A program made the translations under genes and the position numbers. The notes under the pieces are model-generated. The model searched no databases, had not been told where the DNA came from, and was given only the letters and a program-made list of their open reading frames with translations. Positions 1 through 10,632 of a DNA stretch of 64,000 nucleotides are shown here, in pieces (positions within the stretch are counted from its first letter, which is position 1; each line of letters starts with the position of its first letter). This DNA comes from Planctomycetota bacterium (lineage in GTDB: Bacteria; Planctomycetota; B15-G4): assembly GCA_020638905.1 (NCBI GenBank), contig JACKHP010000001.1:282792-346791 (forward strand), given 5' to 3'.

Positions 1-1549
1 GGTCGTCGAGCATCCCCGGGACGCTGCCGCGCTCCCACGTGAGCCAGCGGGTGCCGTCCTCGAATTCCGCCTGGGCGTTGGGTCCAGCCGCCTCGGGGCG
101 CACGGCGCGGGGCAGCGCGTCGAGCGGTGCCAGATCGGGCTCGCGCTGGACCTCGCCGTCGCACACGATGCGCACGTCGAGCAGGCGCCGATCGACGCCC
201 TCGAGGAGGTCGAGGTCGATCGTCAGCCACGCCGAGGGTTGCAGCACGACGTCGACGTGCGCATCTTCGTCCGGTGCGGGGAACTCGAACTCGCCGCGCT
301 CGTGGTGCAGCGCGACGACCTCGAACGCGCGATCGCCTTCGCCCACGGCGCGCAGCAGGCCCTGTCCCTCGGCGTCCGTCGGAGGACTCCAGACGCGGTT
401 GCCGAGGCGGCGCGCGACGGCACCGCGCACGGGACGTCCGTCGGGGTCGCGCACGCTGATCGTCACGTCGCGCGCCGCGACGAGCGGCAGGTCGCCGAGG
501 TCGACGGGGACGCCGTACGGGAACGGTCCGCCGCTCCAGTCGAGGCGGCCGAGCGCGTGCTCGGCGTGCAGCGTGAGCTGCTTGTCGCCGATCTGGAACG
601 GGATGCGGAAGCGTCCCTCGGCGTCGGTGACGATGGTCGTCGAGCGGCTGCCCGCGCTCGAGATGTGCGGGTCGGCGCCCGGCGCGCGCGGCTTCCCCTC
701 CTCGTCGGTCACGTCGAGCGGACAGGCCGGCACGCCGCGTCGTTCGGCGTCGACGACGCGTCCCGAGACGCAGGCGCGTGTGACGAAGGCCACGAGCACG
801 TCGCGCTGCCCGGCGGCCACGTGCGCATCGGTGTCCGGCGCGAGTTCGCAGAGCGATCCGGACGGGCGCAGCTCGCCGGTCCAGTCGTCGGGCAGGCCGT
901 CGACCGCGAAGCGTCCGTCGGCGTCGGTGAGCAGCGGGTTGCGCGGCCACGAGTCGAAGTCGCCGGGTGGACGGAAGCGGAAGTCGCCGGGCCAGCCTTC
1001 TCCCGCCGGAGAGAGCTGGAACGCGAACGGCCGTCCCGGGGCGCGTCCGTCGAGTGTGATGCGTCCGCTCAGCCGCGCGCCGGTCTCGAGTTCGACGTCG
1101 TGCTCGCCGCGTCCGCGTTCGAACTCGACCACCTTCGGACGCCACGTGGCACCGCACAGCACCAGCGACACGGCGTCGTCGCGTCCCTCGAAGCGCAGCA
1201 GGCCCGCGGGTTCGCTCGTGCGGACGTCGAGCAACTCACGGCCCGCGCGCAGGAAACCGCGCACGAGCGCCGGCTCGCCCGACGCGAGGCGCACGTGGAC
1301 CACGAGCGGCGTCGCGTCGACGGCCGCGGCCTCCGGCGCGTCCGGCGGCGGTTCGGGGACGGGCAGCGTCGCGTCGCGGGCGTCCTCGCGCGCCGGCGTC
1401 GCGTCGAGCCGCATCGGAGGCGCGGCGCCCTCGGTCGGCGGGACGAGCTCGGGCAGCGCGTCGATCTCGGCCGGCAGGTCGCGCAGCGCCGTCCACATGG
1501 CGTAGGCCACGCCCAGCGCCAGCGCGAGCAGGAACAGTCGTCGGGCCAT
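1..1549 (-). CDS. Membrane-anchored or secreted protein with repeated carboxypeptidase-regulatory-like beta-sandwich modules (3' end off window)
   Basis: Absent from the ORF track because it is open at the window edge. My reverse-complement translation from the ATG (complement of 1547-1549) gives [22 protein letters not shown], then repeated TDA(D/E)GRF motifs. The frame stays open to position 1. Confidence 0.6.
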   Translation of the reverse strand, partial: MARRLFLLALALGVAYAMWTALRDLPAEIDALPELVPPTEGAAPPMRLDATPAREDARDATLPVPEPPPDAPEAAAVDATPLVVHVRLASGEPALVRGFLRAGRELLDVRTSEPAGLLRFEGRDDAVSLVLCGATWRPKVVEFERGRGEHDVELETGARLSGRITLDGRAPGRPFAFQLSPAGEGWPGDFRFRPPGDFDSWPRNPLLTDADGRFAVDGLPDDWTGELRPSGSLCELAPDTDAHVAAGQRDVLVAFVTRACVSGRVVDAERRGVPACPLDVTDEEGKPRAPGADPHISSAGSRSTTIVTDAEGRFRIPFQIGDKQLTLHAEHALGRLDWSGGPFPYGVPVDLGDLPLVAARDVTISVRDPDGRPVRGAVARRLGNRVWSPPTDAEGQGLLRAVGEGDRAFEVVALHHERGEFEFPAPDEDAHVDVVLQPSAWLTIDLDLLEGVDRRLLDVRIVCDGEVQREPDLAPLDALPRAVRPEAAGPNAQAEFEDGTRWLTWERGSVPGMLDD

Positions 1550-1757
1550 GCGCACCTCCTCTCGTCCCCTGCGACGGACGCGGCGCGCCTCGTCGTCCCG
1601 ATCATGCCACGGCGCGCGCGAACCGGGCGCCCGCCGACGGTATGCTGCGCGTCCCCGCGGGAGGGCTGGCTTGGCCGACGGATCCGCTCGACGCACGCGC
1701 CGCACCGACGCGCGTCGGACCGCCGGGCCGCGGGTCGGACGGCTGCTCGAGGCGGCG

Positions 1758-2687
1758 GTGGCCATCGTGCCGGCGTTCGACGAGGCGTCCACCGTGGGCG
1801 AGGTCGTGCGCGCGCTGTGCGCGCTGCCGATCCCGCTGCGCGTCGTGGTCGTCGACGACGGTTCGCGCGACGGCACGGGAGAGGTCGCGCTGGCGGCCGG
1901 GGCCGAGCTCGTCACGCACGTGCGGCGGCGCGGCAACGGCGCGGCGATCAAGTCGGGGCTCGCGGCGACGGTCGAGCCGCTCGTGGTCATCGTCGACGCC
2001 GACGGACAGCACGAGCCGCGGCTCGTCCCGGCGCTGCTCGACGTGCTGCGCGCGGGCCACGACCTGGCCGTGGCCTGCCGTCCCGGCTTCGGCGGCTCGG
2101 GACCGCTGCGCGGCCTCGGCAACCGCGTGCTCGCGGCGCTCGCGTCGTACATGACGCGCGCGTCGGTGCCCGACCTCACGAGCGGACTGCGCGCGTTCCG
2201 GCGCGCGCCGATGACGCCCTTCGTGCCGCTCTTCCCCGACGGCTTCTCGACGCCCACGACGTCGACGCTGGGCATGCTGCACGCGCTGCGACGCGTGCGC
2301 TTCGTGGCGCAACCGGGCGCGGCGCCGGTGCGGCGCGGGCGCTCACGCACGCGCCTGCTGAGCGACGGGACGCGCTTCTTGGCCATCCTGCTGAAGGTCA
2401 CGCTGCGCTTCCGGCCGGAGCGCGCGCTGGGGCCGCTGCTCGTCTCGGCGCTCGCGGGCGTCTCGTGCGTGCTCGCGGGCGGCGGCGGCCGGCTCGCGCT
2501 CGGCGCGGCGTGCGTCCCGCCGCTGGCGTGCCTGCTCGACGGATGGCGTCGCGCGCACCGCGGGGCGCGCGACCTGGACGTGCTCGTCCCGTGCGACACG
2601 GTGCACGACGCGGCCAGCGACGCGCGACGATCACCGGTGACGGGGCGGCGTGCGCAGCCCCTTTCGGACGCGGCGACGAACCCTTAA
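1758..2687 (+). CDS. Family 2 glycosyltransferase (DPM1/polyprenol-phosphate sugar transferase-like) with C-terminal TM segments
   Basis: Motifs [19 protein letters not shown] and IVDADGQH lie in the frame of ORF 1548..2687. The start is set at the in-frame GTG 1758 because 1548 abuts the divergent gene's start. Start is uncertain. Confidence 0.75.
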   Translation: MAIVPAFDEASTVGEVVRALCALPIPLRVVVVDDGSRDGTGEVALAAGAELVTHVRRRGNGAAIKSGLAATVEPLVVIVDADGQHEPRLVPALLDVLRAGHDLAVACRPGFGGSGPLRGLGNRVLAALASYMTRASVPDLTSGLRAFRRAPMTPFVPLFPDGFSTPTTSTLGMLHALRRVRFVAQPGAAPVRRGRSRTRLLSDGTRFLAILLKVTLRFRPERALGPLLVSALAGVSCVLAGGGGRLALGAACVPPLACLLDGWRRAHRGARDLDVLVPCDTVHDAASDARRSPVTGRRAQPLSDAATNP

Positions 2688-2711
2688 CCTCTCTGCCAGG
2701 GAGGACGTGCC

Positions 2712-3290
2712 ATGGATGCGACCACGCCGCGACGGGTGAACAGGGCAGCACTCTCGCTCGCCGCGCTGCTCGGTGCGGCGCTCGGGCTCGGCGCATACAC
2801 CTTCGACTACGCCGAGGGCGCCTCGTACCTGAGCAGCGACCCCAAGGCCTGCGTGAACTGCCACATCATGCGTCCGCAGTACGACGCGTGGCAGAAGGCC
2901 AGCCATCACACGGTGGCCACCTGCGTCGACTGCCACCTCCCGGCCGAGGGTCTCGGCAAGTGGGTCGCGAAGGCGTCGAACGGCTACCACCACAGCAAGG
3001 CCTTCACCCTGCAGGACTTCGCCGAGCCGATCCGCATCACGCAGGGCAACGCCGACATCCTGCAGGACAACTGCCTGCGCTGCCACGGCGACCTGGTGCA
3101 CGACCTCGTGCCGGGCGCCACCTCCGACCCCGACGCCGTGCGCTGCGTCCACTGCCATCGCGACGTGGGACACGGCGAGTCGGCGGGGCTGGGCGGGCGC
3201 GATCTCGGCGTCGAGGCCGAACTGGCCGGGGCCGTGCGCGTGCTCGACGACGCACGCGGATCCGACGAACACGGGAGGGACGGACGATGA
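2712..3290 (+). CDS. nrfH: Tetraheme cytochrome c NrfH (NapC/NirT family), membrane-anchored
   Basis: N-terminal TM helix plus four CxxCH motifs (CVNCH, CVDCH, CLRCH, CVHCH). Its stop overlaps the nrfA start (ATGA). Confidence 0.9.
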   Translation: MDATTPRRVNRAALSLAALLGAALGLGAYTFDYAEGASYLSSDPKACVNCHIMRPQYDAWQKASHHTVATCVDCHLPAEGLGKWVAKASNGYHHSKAFTLQDFAEPIRITQGNADILQDNCLRCHGDLVHDLVPGATSDPDAVRCVHCHRDVGHGESAGLGGRDLGVEAELAGAVRVLDDARGSDEHGRDGR

Positions 3291-4714
3291 ACGACACGCG
3301 ACGCCGCGAGCGCGGCAAGGTCCTGTTCGTGGTGACTCTGGTGGTCGTGGCGGCGGCCACGGCAGGCGTCACCGCGCTGCTTGTGAACATCGCCGAGCGC
3401 AAGGACGAGGCGCGCAACCCGTACGTCGTCCTGCAGCCGGTCGGCGAGGACGACACCGACCCGGCCAAGTGGGGGGTGAACTGGCCGCGCCAGTACGACG
3501 GCTACCTGCGCACGGCGATCAGCACGCGCACGCGCTTCGGCGGACACGGCGGCAGCGAGGCGATGCCCGAGGAGAAGCTCGAGCGCGACCCGTGGCTGAA
3601 GCGCATGTTCGCCGGCTACGCCTTCTCGATCGACTACCGCGACCGCCGCGGCCACGCCTACATGCTGGCCGACCAGGAGGCCACCCAACGCCTCACCAAG
3701 CCGCAGTCCGGGACGTGCATCCACTGCCACGCGTCGGTGCTGCCGCTGTACCGCGAGCTGGGCGACGGCGACGTGATCGCCGGGCTCGACAAGACGCACT
3801 CGATGACGTACCAGGAGACGAACGAGAAGCTGCACGAGATGGGCCACGCGCACCCGGTCTCGTGCGTCGATTGCCACGTGCCGAACACGATGCAGCTGCG
3901 CGTGACGCGTCCCGGGTTCCTGCTGGGCATCCGCGCGCTGGCCGAGTCCGACGCGCCGGTGCCGCACCTGCCGAGCATCGAGGAGTGGCGCGCGGGACCG
4001 CGCGAGCGTCCCTACGACCCGAACGTCGACGCGCGACGCAGCGAGATGCGCAGCTACGTGTGCGGGCAGTGCCACGTCGAGTACTACTGCTCGTCGAAGA
4101 TGATCCTCACCTACCCGTGGGGCGACGGGCTCACGGCCGACGACATCGAGGGCTTCTGGGACGCCACGACGTTCCCCGACGGCACGCCGTTCGTCGACTT
4201 CGTGCACAAGGAGTCGGGCGCGCCCGTGCTCAAGGCCCAGCACCCCGAGTTCGAGCTGTGGAGCCAGGGCATCCATGCGCGCAGCGGGGTGGCCTGCGCC
4301 GACTGCCACATGCCGTACATGCGCGAAGGCGCGACCAAGGTGTCCGACCACTGGGTGCGCAGTCCGCTGCTCAACATCAACCGCGCCTGCCAGACCTGCC
4401 ATCACGCCGACGAGAGCGAGATCGCGGCACGTGTCGACGCGATCCAGGGCCGCAACCACGAGCTGCTCGAGCGGAGCGGCGCCGCGCTCATGGACCTGCT
4501 CGACGCGATCGCCGAGGCCAGGGCCGCCGGGGCGAGCGACGAGCAGGTGCGTCCCGCGCTCGAACTCCAGCGGCGGGCCCAGTGGCGCATCGACTTCATC
4601 GCCGCCGAGAACTCGATGGGCTTCCACGCCCCGCAGGAGGCCGCACGCGTGCTGGGCGAGGCCGCCGACTACGCCCGGCAGGGAGTGGCCGCCGCGTTGC
4701 GCTGGGACGACTGA
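3287..4714 (+). CDS. nrfA: Pentaheme cytochrome c nitrite reductase NrfA (ammonia-forming)
   Basis: C-terminal 475 aa of ORF 239..4714, starting [16 protein letters not shown] (TM anchor). It has five CxxCH motifs (CIHCH, CVDCH, CGQCH, CADCH, CQTCH) and NrfA-like blocks such as WPRQYDGY and [13 protein letters not shown]. Confidence 0.9.
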   Translation: MNDTRRRERGKVLFVVTLVVVAAATAGVTALLVNIAERKDEARNPYVVLQPVGEDDTDPAKWGVNWPRQYDGYLRTAISTRTRFGGHGGSEAMPEEKLERDPWLKRMFAGYAFSIDYRDRRGHAYMLADQEATQRLTKPQSGTCIHCHASVLPLYRELGDGDVIAGLDKTHSMTYQETNEKLHEMGHAHPVSCVDCHVPNTMQLRVTRPGFLLGIRALAESDAPVPHLPSIEEWRAGPRERPYDPNVDARRSEMRSYVCGQCHVEYYCSSKMILTYPWGDGLTADDIEGFWDATTFPDGTPFVDFVHKESGAPVLKAQHPEFELWSQGIHARSGVACADCHMPYMREGATKVSDHWVRSPLLNINRACQTCHHADESEIAARVDAIQGRNHELLERSGAALMDLLDAIAEARAAGASDEQVRPALELQRRAQWRIDFIAAENSMGFHAPQEAARVLGEAADYARQGVAAALRWDD

Positions 4715-4727
4715 TCCCGCCGTCCGC

Positions 4728-4946
4728 TCAGAACTGGAAGTCGATGAACGGCTGGAAGTCCGTGGCGATCCACGGCAGGACGAGCGCGGCGGCGGCGCCG
4801 TAGGCCATCGCGAAGCCCCAGTCGGGCAGGCGTGCCGCGGCGCGCTCGAGCACGCGACGCGACATGGCGACGTGGACGAGCGCGAAGCCGGCGAGGAACG
4901 TCCTTGCGAAGAGGCCGGCGCGCGATCGGGTCATGGGCTCGATCAT
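4728..4946 (-). CDS. Small hydrophobic protein (hypothetical)
   Basis: 72-aa ORF with two hydrophobic segments. It lies on the same strand as the lipoprotein gene and downstream of it. No recognisable family. Confidence 0.35.
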   Translation of the reverse strand: MIEPMTRSRAGLFARTFLAGFALVHVAMSRRVLERAAARLPDWGFAMAYGAAAALVLPWIATDFQPFIDFQF

Positions 4947-5006
4947 GCCCGCCGCGCGCGCCCGCCGCCGGGACGGCGCGGCCCTCGCCGTCCCGCCGCG
5001 GGTCGA

Positions 5007-5627
5007 TCAGGCGTCGGCGGCCGGCGGTTCGACGGCGGCCATGTCCTCGCTCAGTTCGGCGAAGATCGAGGCCGAGACCGACTCGAGCAGCTCGTCCTCC
5101 GAGAACGGGTACATGTACCAGCCGCCCGCGTGGCCGGCCCACATCACGAGGCCGGTCTCGATGTCGACGGCACGCAGCTCGAGCACGATGTACTTCCACC
5201 ACGTGGGCGGGAGCAGCATCCAGCCGTCGGTCATGCTGGCGCGCGCGATGACGATGTGGTCGGCGCCGCACAGCTTGCCGATCTTCTGCTGCGCCGCGCG
5301 GTTGTCGAAGATGTCGGAGATCGAGAGCGACATCTCGGTGATGGCGTCCTGCACCGACGCGCGCTCGACGACCGAGTAGAGCTTCTGGTCGACGAGGTAG
5401 CGGGTGAGCTTGTCGGTCAGCAGGTCGGTGTCGAACGCGTACGGGTCGGACGCGCCCGTGATCAGGAACGAGCCCTCGGCCTTCTGCGCGTCGACCACGG
5501 CCACGACGGCCACGGTCTTCGGCACGCGGAAGTCCTTCGAGAGCACGGTGTCGTACGAGACGCAGCTCGCGAGCGCGGTCGCGAGCAGCAGCAGGGCGCA
5601 CCTCGGGGTGCGGTCGATCGGGTTCAT
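5007..5627 (-). CDS. CsgG/LpoB-like outer-membrane lipoprotein
   Basis: Internal start MNPIDRTPRCALLLLATALASC (lipobox LASC). The body (VAVVAVVD..., YSVVERASVQDAI, KIGKLCGADHIVIARAS) resembles the CsgG-family fold pattern. Confidence 0.65.
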   Translation of the reverse strand: MNPIDRTPRCALLLLATALASCVSYDTVLSKDFRVPKTVAVVAVVDAQKAEGSFLITGASDPYAFDTDLLTDKLTRYLVDQKLYSVVERASVQDAITEMSLSISDIFDNRAAQQKIGKLCGADHIVIARASMTDGWMLLPPTWWKYIVLELRAVDIETGLVMWAGHAGGWYMYPFSEDELLESVSASIFAELSEDMAAVEPPAADA

Positions 5628-5805
5628 GGCGGCATCCTCCGTCGCGCCGCGCGACGAGAGCGACGCGGTCTCCCGAGGTGGGCGGCCGAGCACGCCGCGG
5701 TCCCGCGCGGGCGCGCCCCAAGGGCGAAGGCGCGCGCAGCGCACGCGCCGAATCGGTGCGCGGCGACGCCGTCGAACCGGGCGCTCGCGAGCCCGGGGTG
5801 GGGAC

Positions 5806-7002
5806 TCAGCGCCGGCGCAGCCGCGCGACGACCTCGAGGTGCGTCGTGCGCGGGAAGAGGTCGACCGGACGCAGCTCGTCCACGACGAAGGCCGGGGCGA
5901 GCCCGTCGAGGTCGCGCAGCAGCGTGACGGGATTGCACGAGACGTAGACCATGCGCGGGACGCGCAGCGCGCAGATCCGCTCGACGAGCGCGCGCGCCAG
6001 TCCCTTGCGTGGCGGATCGACCACGAGCGCGTCGAGGTCGGCGTCGATCTCGGCCAGCGCGGCCGGCGCGTCGCCCTCGACGAAGCGCACGCGCTCGGCC
6101 AGGCCGTTGCGGCGCGCGGCATCCCGTCCGTCGGCCACCGCCGCGGGATGGCGCTCGAGCGCGGTCACGCGCGCGCCGGCGCGGGCGAGGCGCAGCGCGA
6201 TGGGTCCGGCGCCGGCGTAGAGGTCGGCCACGTGGCGTCCGCGCACGTCGCCCAGCGCGTCGAGCACCTCGGCGTAGAGCACCGAGGCCTGCTCGGCGTG
6301 CCCCTGGACGAACGACGTGAGCGTGCGCCGCAGCGCGAGTCCGTCGCGGGTCTCGTCGAGGTGCGCCTCTCCCACGAGCGGCCGCGTGTGCTCGCCGAGG
6401 ATCACGTTCGTGCGCTCGGCGTTGCAGTTCTCGACCAGGCCCACGAGGCCGCGTGGCGCGAACTCGTCGAACAGCGCGCGCGCCAAGGCCGCGACCGCTT
6501 CCGTCCCAGCCTCGCGCACGACGAGCCCGGCCAGCGCGCGCCGACCCTCGGGATCGACGCGCGCCACGAGGTGCCGCAGGAGTCCGCGATGCGCGCGCTC
6601 GTCGTACGCCTCGACGCCGAGTTCCCGCGCGAGCGCGCGCGTGCGCACGAGCAGCGCCGTGAGCAGCGGGTGCTGGAGCGCGCAGCCGTGCAGGTCGACG
6701 ATGGCGTGCGTCCCGGGACGGAAGAAGCCGGCCACCGGTCCGGCGGCCGACGGCGCGAACGGCAGCTTGATCGACGTGCGTCCGAAGAGCGGCCGCGCCG
6801 CCCCGCGCGTGGTCCGCAGCGGGACGTCCGCGAGCGCCGGCCGCGCGCGCACGAGCTCGGCCAGCGCGCGCGTCTTCTCCTCGAGCTCGACGTCGTAGGC
6901 GCGGTCGAGGCGCGTGCAGCCGCCGCACGGCCCGAAATGCGGGCACGCGACCGGCTCGCGCGTCTCGGGGCGCGCCGCGACGAGGGGGACGGATTCAGGC
7001 AT
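5806..7002 (-). CDS. 23S rRNA (uracil-5)-methyltransferase, RlmD/RumA (TrmA) family
   Basis: C-terminal 398 aa of ORF 5806..10020, starting MPESVPLV. It has a Cys cluster CPHFGPCGGC...C, the SAM motif DLYAGAGPIAL, DPPRKG, and the catalytic VYVSCNP. Confidence 0.85.
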   Translation of the reverse strand: MPESVPLVAARPETREPVACPHFGPCGGCTRLDRAYDVELEEKTRALAELVRARPALADVPLRTTRGAARPLFGRTSIKLPFAPSAAGPVAGFFRPGTHAIVDLHGCALQHPLLTALLVRTRALARELGVEAYDERAHRGLLRHLVARVDPEGRRALAGLVVREAGTEAVAALARALFDEFAPRGLVGLVENCNAERTNVILGEHTRPLVGEAHLDETRDGLALRRTLTSFVQGHAEQASVLYAEVLDALGDVRGRHVADLYAGAGPIALRLARAGARVTALERHPAAVADGRDAARRNGLAERVRFVEGDAPAALAEIDADLDALVVDPPRKGLARALVERICALRVPRMVYVSCNPVTLLRDLDGLAPAFVVDELRPVDLFPRTTHLEVVARLRRR

Positions 7003-7080
7003 CGCCGCGCAGTATGGCCCGGCCGGGCGACGCGCGCGATGCGCATTGATCGCCCGCGCACCGCGCCGGATCATGCGGCG

Positions 7081-9354
7081 ATGCCAGCGGCGAGCGAGGT
7101 GCCCGAGCAGCCACCCGTCCCCGGCGGACGTGAGGCGACGCGTCCGCTGCCCGAGTTGCTCGGCGCGGCGGCGATCGTCGGCGCGGGCACCGGCCTGCTG
7201 CTCGCGGCGCTGCAGCTCGTGTCCGCCGCCGCGGCGCGCATGCTCTGGACGCTCGAGATGCCGGCGCTCGGCCTGGCCGCGTATCCGCTGCTGGGGGCGC
7301 TCGCGGCGGTGTCGTGCGTCCCGGCGCTGATGCTGCTGCGGCGCGTGGTGGCGCCGCGCACCGACGCGCTGGCGTGGGTCGTGGGCTGCACCTGCCTCGG
7401 CGCCGGCGCCGGCCGCGCGCTCGCGTCGGCCGCTGCGCGGACGGCAGGGCCTGCCCGGCGGACGGCTCGCCGCGCTCGCGCTCAGGGCGCGGCCTGGATC
7501 GTGCTCGCGCTGGCGGGTGCGGCGTGCTCGCGCGGCGCTCGCGGACGCACGCGCGTGACGTGGCCGCGTCTGAGGTCGCCCAGGTGCGACGGCGGAGCGC
7601 CCGATCGCGCGCCGCGCCGCGTGGGGTCGCGGCGCGACGCGTCGGCGGCGCGTTGGCGGGCGCCGCTCGTGCACCTCGCGCTGCTCGCGGTGAAGGATGC
7701 GGCTGCCCAGCGCGGCCTGCTCGGCGCGCCGGCGCTGCTGCTGGTGGTGGGGGCGTCGTCCCTCGGCGCGGCGCTCGGCCTGCTCGCCACGAGCCGCACG
7801 CCCGTGCGCCGCGTCGCCGGCGCGATCCTGACGTGCGGCGTGGTCGCGGGACTCTTCGTGCAGCGGCCCGACCCGCCGTCGGCGTCCGTGGTGCGCGGTG
7901 CGCGCGGTCCGAACGTGCTGCTGATCGTGCTCGACACGCTGCGCCGCGACGCGGTCTCGGCCTACGGCCTCGTCGACGGGACGACGCCGCGGCTCGACGC
8001 GCTGGCGTCCAAAGGCGTGCTGTGCGACGACGTCGTCGCGCCCGGCGACTGGACCGTGCCCGTGCACGCGTCGCTGTTCACCGGCGCGCAGGTCTCGCGC
8101 CACGGCACGGGCCACGGACGGCGCGTGCTGCGCGAGCGTCCCGCGGCCGGCGCGCCGCCGCTGCCCACGCTGGCCGAGCTCTTCGCGCGCCGCGGCTGGG
8201 AGACAGCGGCCTTCGTGTGCAACATGAACGTGAGTCGCGCGGCCGGCTTCGCCCGCGGCTTCGAGCGCTACGAAGAGGTCTGGCGCGCGCGCCAGGGCGA
8301 CTTCGACGCGCTCGGTCCCGCGCTGCGCGCCTGGCTGGGACTGGGCGGCGCGTTCGACAAGGGCGGCGAGCTGGCCGTGCGCGGCGTGGGCGAGTTCCTC
8401 GACGAGCACGCCGACGCGCGACGTCCGTGGCTGCTCTTCGTGAACCTCATGGAGGCGCACGCGCCCTACACGCCGCCCGCGCCGTGGGCCGGTCGCTTCG
8501 TCGAACACGCGCCGTCCGACGCGGCGCGCGCGCTGCTCGCCGACCCGCTCGCGCACGTCTGGGACGCGGGCGTCGAGCCGCCGGTGGCCGACGAGCTGTG
8601 GCGCGCGTACCTCGGCGGAGTCGCGTACCAGGACGCGTTGCTGGGCGAGATCCTCGACGCGCTGGTGCGCAACGGCCTCGACGACGACACGCTCGTGGTC
8701 GTCACGAGCGACCACGGCGAGCACTTCGGCAAGCGCGGCCTGCTCGGCCACGGACAGGATCTCGACGACGACCTGCTCGACGTCCCGCTCGTGCTGGCCG
8801 GGCCGGGCCTGCCGCGCGGCGTGCGCGAACCGGCGCCGCTCGATCTGCTCGACGTGCTGCCCACGCTGCTCGCGCTGAGCGGCGGCGACGCGTTGCCGTC
8901 CGATCCGGGACGCACCGGGCGCGCGCTGCGCTTCGACGGCCGCGACGCCGCCGCGCTGGCCGACCGCCCGCGCGTGGCCGAACGCTTCGCGTTCTCCGGC
9001 GACGCGTCCGGCGTCGACGCCGACGACGCGCTCCCGCCCGGCGCCGATCCCGAGTGGTCCTGGGGACGGGCCGCGCTGCTGCGCGGCCGCGACCTGTACG
9101 TCGAGGTCGACGCGCCTCCCGACGCCGCGCGCGCGTTCGCCGCGACGCGACTCGAGCGCCGCGACGGCGATCCCCGTCCGCCGCGCGACGACGGACGCCA
9201 CGCGCTGGACGACGCCGAGCTGCGCGCCGCGTACGCCGCCGAACTGGCCGCGTTGCGCGCGCGCTGGACGTCCGCCGACGCGCCGCGCGACGCGCTCGAG
9301 CCCGACGCCGAACGCGACGCCGCCCTGCGCGCGCTGGGATACACGGGACGATGA
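7081..9354 (+). CDS. Polytopic membrane protein with periplasmic sulfatase/alkaline-phosphatase-superfamily domain (Thr-nucleophile, LtaS/EptA-like)
   Basis: Frame of ORF 5404..9354, starting at MPAASEVPEQ (ATG 7039 is an alternative). Several TM helices are followed by NVLLIVLDTLRRD, WTVPVHASLFTG and VVTSDHGEHFG. Confidence 0.75.
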   Translation: MPAASEVPEQPPVPGGREATRPLPELLGAAAIVGAGTGLLLAALQLVSAAAARMLWTLEMPALGLAAYPLLGALAAVSCVPALMLLRRVVAPRTDALAWVVGCTCLGAGAGRALASAAARTAGPARRTARRARAQGAAWIVLALAGAACSRGARGRTRVTWPRLRSPRCDGGAPDRAPRRVGSRRDASAARWRAPLVHLALLAVKDAAAQRGLLGAPALLLVVGASSLGAALGLLATSRTPVRRVAGAILTCGVVAGLFVQRPDPPSASVVRGARGPNVLLIVLDTLRRDAVSAYGLVDGTTPRLDALASKGVLCDDVVAPGDWTVPVHASLFTGAQVSRHGTGHGRRVLRERPAAGAPPLPTLAELFARRGWETAAFVCNMNVSRAAGFARGFERYEEVWRARQGDFDALGPALRAWLGLGGAFDKGGELAVRGVGEFLDEHADARRPWLLFVNLMEAHAPYTPPAPWAGRFVEHAPSDAARALLADPLAHVWDAGVEPPVADELWRAYLGGVAYQDALLGEILDALVRNGLDDDTLVVVTSDHGEHFGKRGLLGHGQDLDDDLLDVPLVLAGPGLPRGVREPAPLDLLDVLPTLLALSGGDALPSDPGRTGRALRFDGRDAAALADRPRVAERFAFSGDASGVDADDALPPGADPEWSWGRAALLRGRDLYVEVDAPPDAARAFAATRLERRDGDPRPPRDDGRHALDDAELRAAYAAELAALRARWTSADAPRDALEPDAERDAALRALGYTGR

Positions 9355-10580
9355 GCGCCGCGCCGACGACGAATCCGCAGCCGGACCCGAGCTCGAACCC
9401 GACACCGAACCCGAACCCGAACCCGACACCGAACCCGCACGCGACCGCGACCGCGCGTCTGATGCGCGGCGCGTGCCTCGTCGCGCTCCTGTTCCCGGCG
9501 TTGCTCGCGGGCGAGGCGTGGCGGCGCGGCGCGTCCGTCGCGGCGCTCGCACTGCTGCGCGAGACGGGCGCGTCGCTGGCGCTCGCGTCGATCGCGTGCA
9601 CACTCGTCGGGATGCTCGCGCGTCGGCTCGCGCCGCGGCGTCCGTCCACGGCTTTCGCGCTGCTCGCGCTGCCGCTCGTGGTGGGCGTGGTGCGCGGGCT
9701 GCTCGCCGAGCGCCTGCGCGGGTCGTCCGGGGCCACGCCGCGCCTGCTGCTCGCGGGACTCGGCGCGACGCTGGCGCTCGCGCTGCTGGCGCACGGCGTG
9801 CGTGCGCTCGCGGCGAGCGCGCTGTCGCAGCGGCTCGTCCCGGCGGGAGCGCGCGCGACGACGCTCGGCGGTGTGGCGGCGTGTGTGCTCGGCGCGGCCG
9901 CGCTCGCGACGTCCGACGTGCCACGGCTCGTCGGCGCGCGCGAGACGTCGGCGATGATCGAGACGTCGGCGACACACGAGGCTCCGGCGGCGAACGAGGT
10001 GTCCACCGCGAGCGACGCACTCGCCGCGAGCGAGGCGCCTCGCGCGTCCGCCGTCCCCACGCTGCTGGCCGAGCTCGGGATGCTGGCGCGCGCGGGACTC
10101 TCGGCGGCGCCGCGCGACAACCTGCTCGTCTCGGCGCGCGCGCTCGACCACGAGGTCTGGGTGCGCGGCGGCGCGCCGGTCGAGATCGGACGCGACGCGA
10201 TCACCGCGCCGGACGGCACGCTCTCGGCCGAGCGGCTGGGCTTCCCCGACGGGCTCTCGACGCTCGTGCAGACCACCGACGTGCCCGCCCGCGGCGCGCG
10301 CTTCGAGGGTCGCGTGTGGGTGCGCCGGCTCGACGGCGACGGCCCGTCGGACGCCGGCCTCGCGCTGCTCCTCCGCGCCGGGCCGAAGGGCCCGTACGGC
10401 CAGCTCGTCGTGCATCCCACCGAGGTCTGGACCGAGTATTCGCTCGAGCACGCGTTCGGCGACGACGCGGGGGACGAGCCGGTGACGTTCCGCATCGGCA
10501 ACGATCACGGCGACCCGCGCGCGCTCGAGGTGGCCGTGTGGGACGCGCGCCTCGTCGAGCGCGCCGTCGACGACCGCTGA
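9351..10580 (+). CDS. Membrane protein with N-terminal (Asn-Pro)-rich tract, TM helices and a C-terminal soluble domain (hypothetical)
   Basis: ATG 9351 overlaps the upstream stop (ATGA). It lies in the frame of ORF 7314..10580 and starts MSAAPTTNPQPDPSSNPTPNPNPNPTPNP, followed by hydrophobic helices. Confidence 0.6.
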   Translation: MSAAPTTNPQPDPSSNPTPNPNPNPTPNPHATATARLMRGACLVALLFPALLAGEAWRRGASVAALALLRETGASLALASIACTLVGMLARRLAPRRPSTAFALLALPLVVGVVRGLLAERLRGSSGATPRLLLAGLGATLALALLAHGVRALAASALSQRLVPAGARATTLGGVAACVLGAAALATSDVPRLVGARETSAMIETSATHEAPAANEVSTASDALAASEAPRASAVPTLLAELGMLARAGLSAAPRDNLLVSARALDHEVWVRGGAPVEIGRDAITAPDGTLSAERLGFPDGLSTLVQTTDVPARGARFEGRVWVRRLDGDGPSDAGLALLLRAGPKGPYGQLVVHPTEVWTEYSLEHAFGDDAGDEPVTFRIGNDHGDPRALEVAVWDARLVERAVDDR

Positions 10581-10632
10581 TGCGCCGCGCCGCGGCGTCC
10601 CGTGCTTGACGGATCGGGGGGCGTGACGTGCG

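Noticed and set aside
239-3286. N-terminal ~1000 codons of the 1491-aa ORF 239..4714
   Set aside because: Arg/Ala/Gly-rich read-through typical of a GC-rich shadow frame. It overlaps better-supported genes (the minus-strand gene at 1-1549, the GT2 gene and nrfH). Only the last 475 codons look like a real protein (NrfA).
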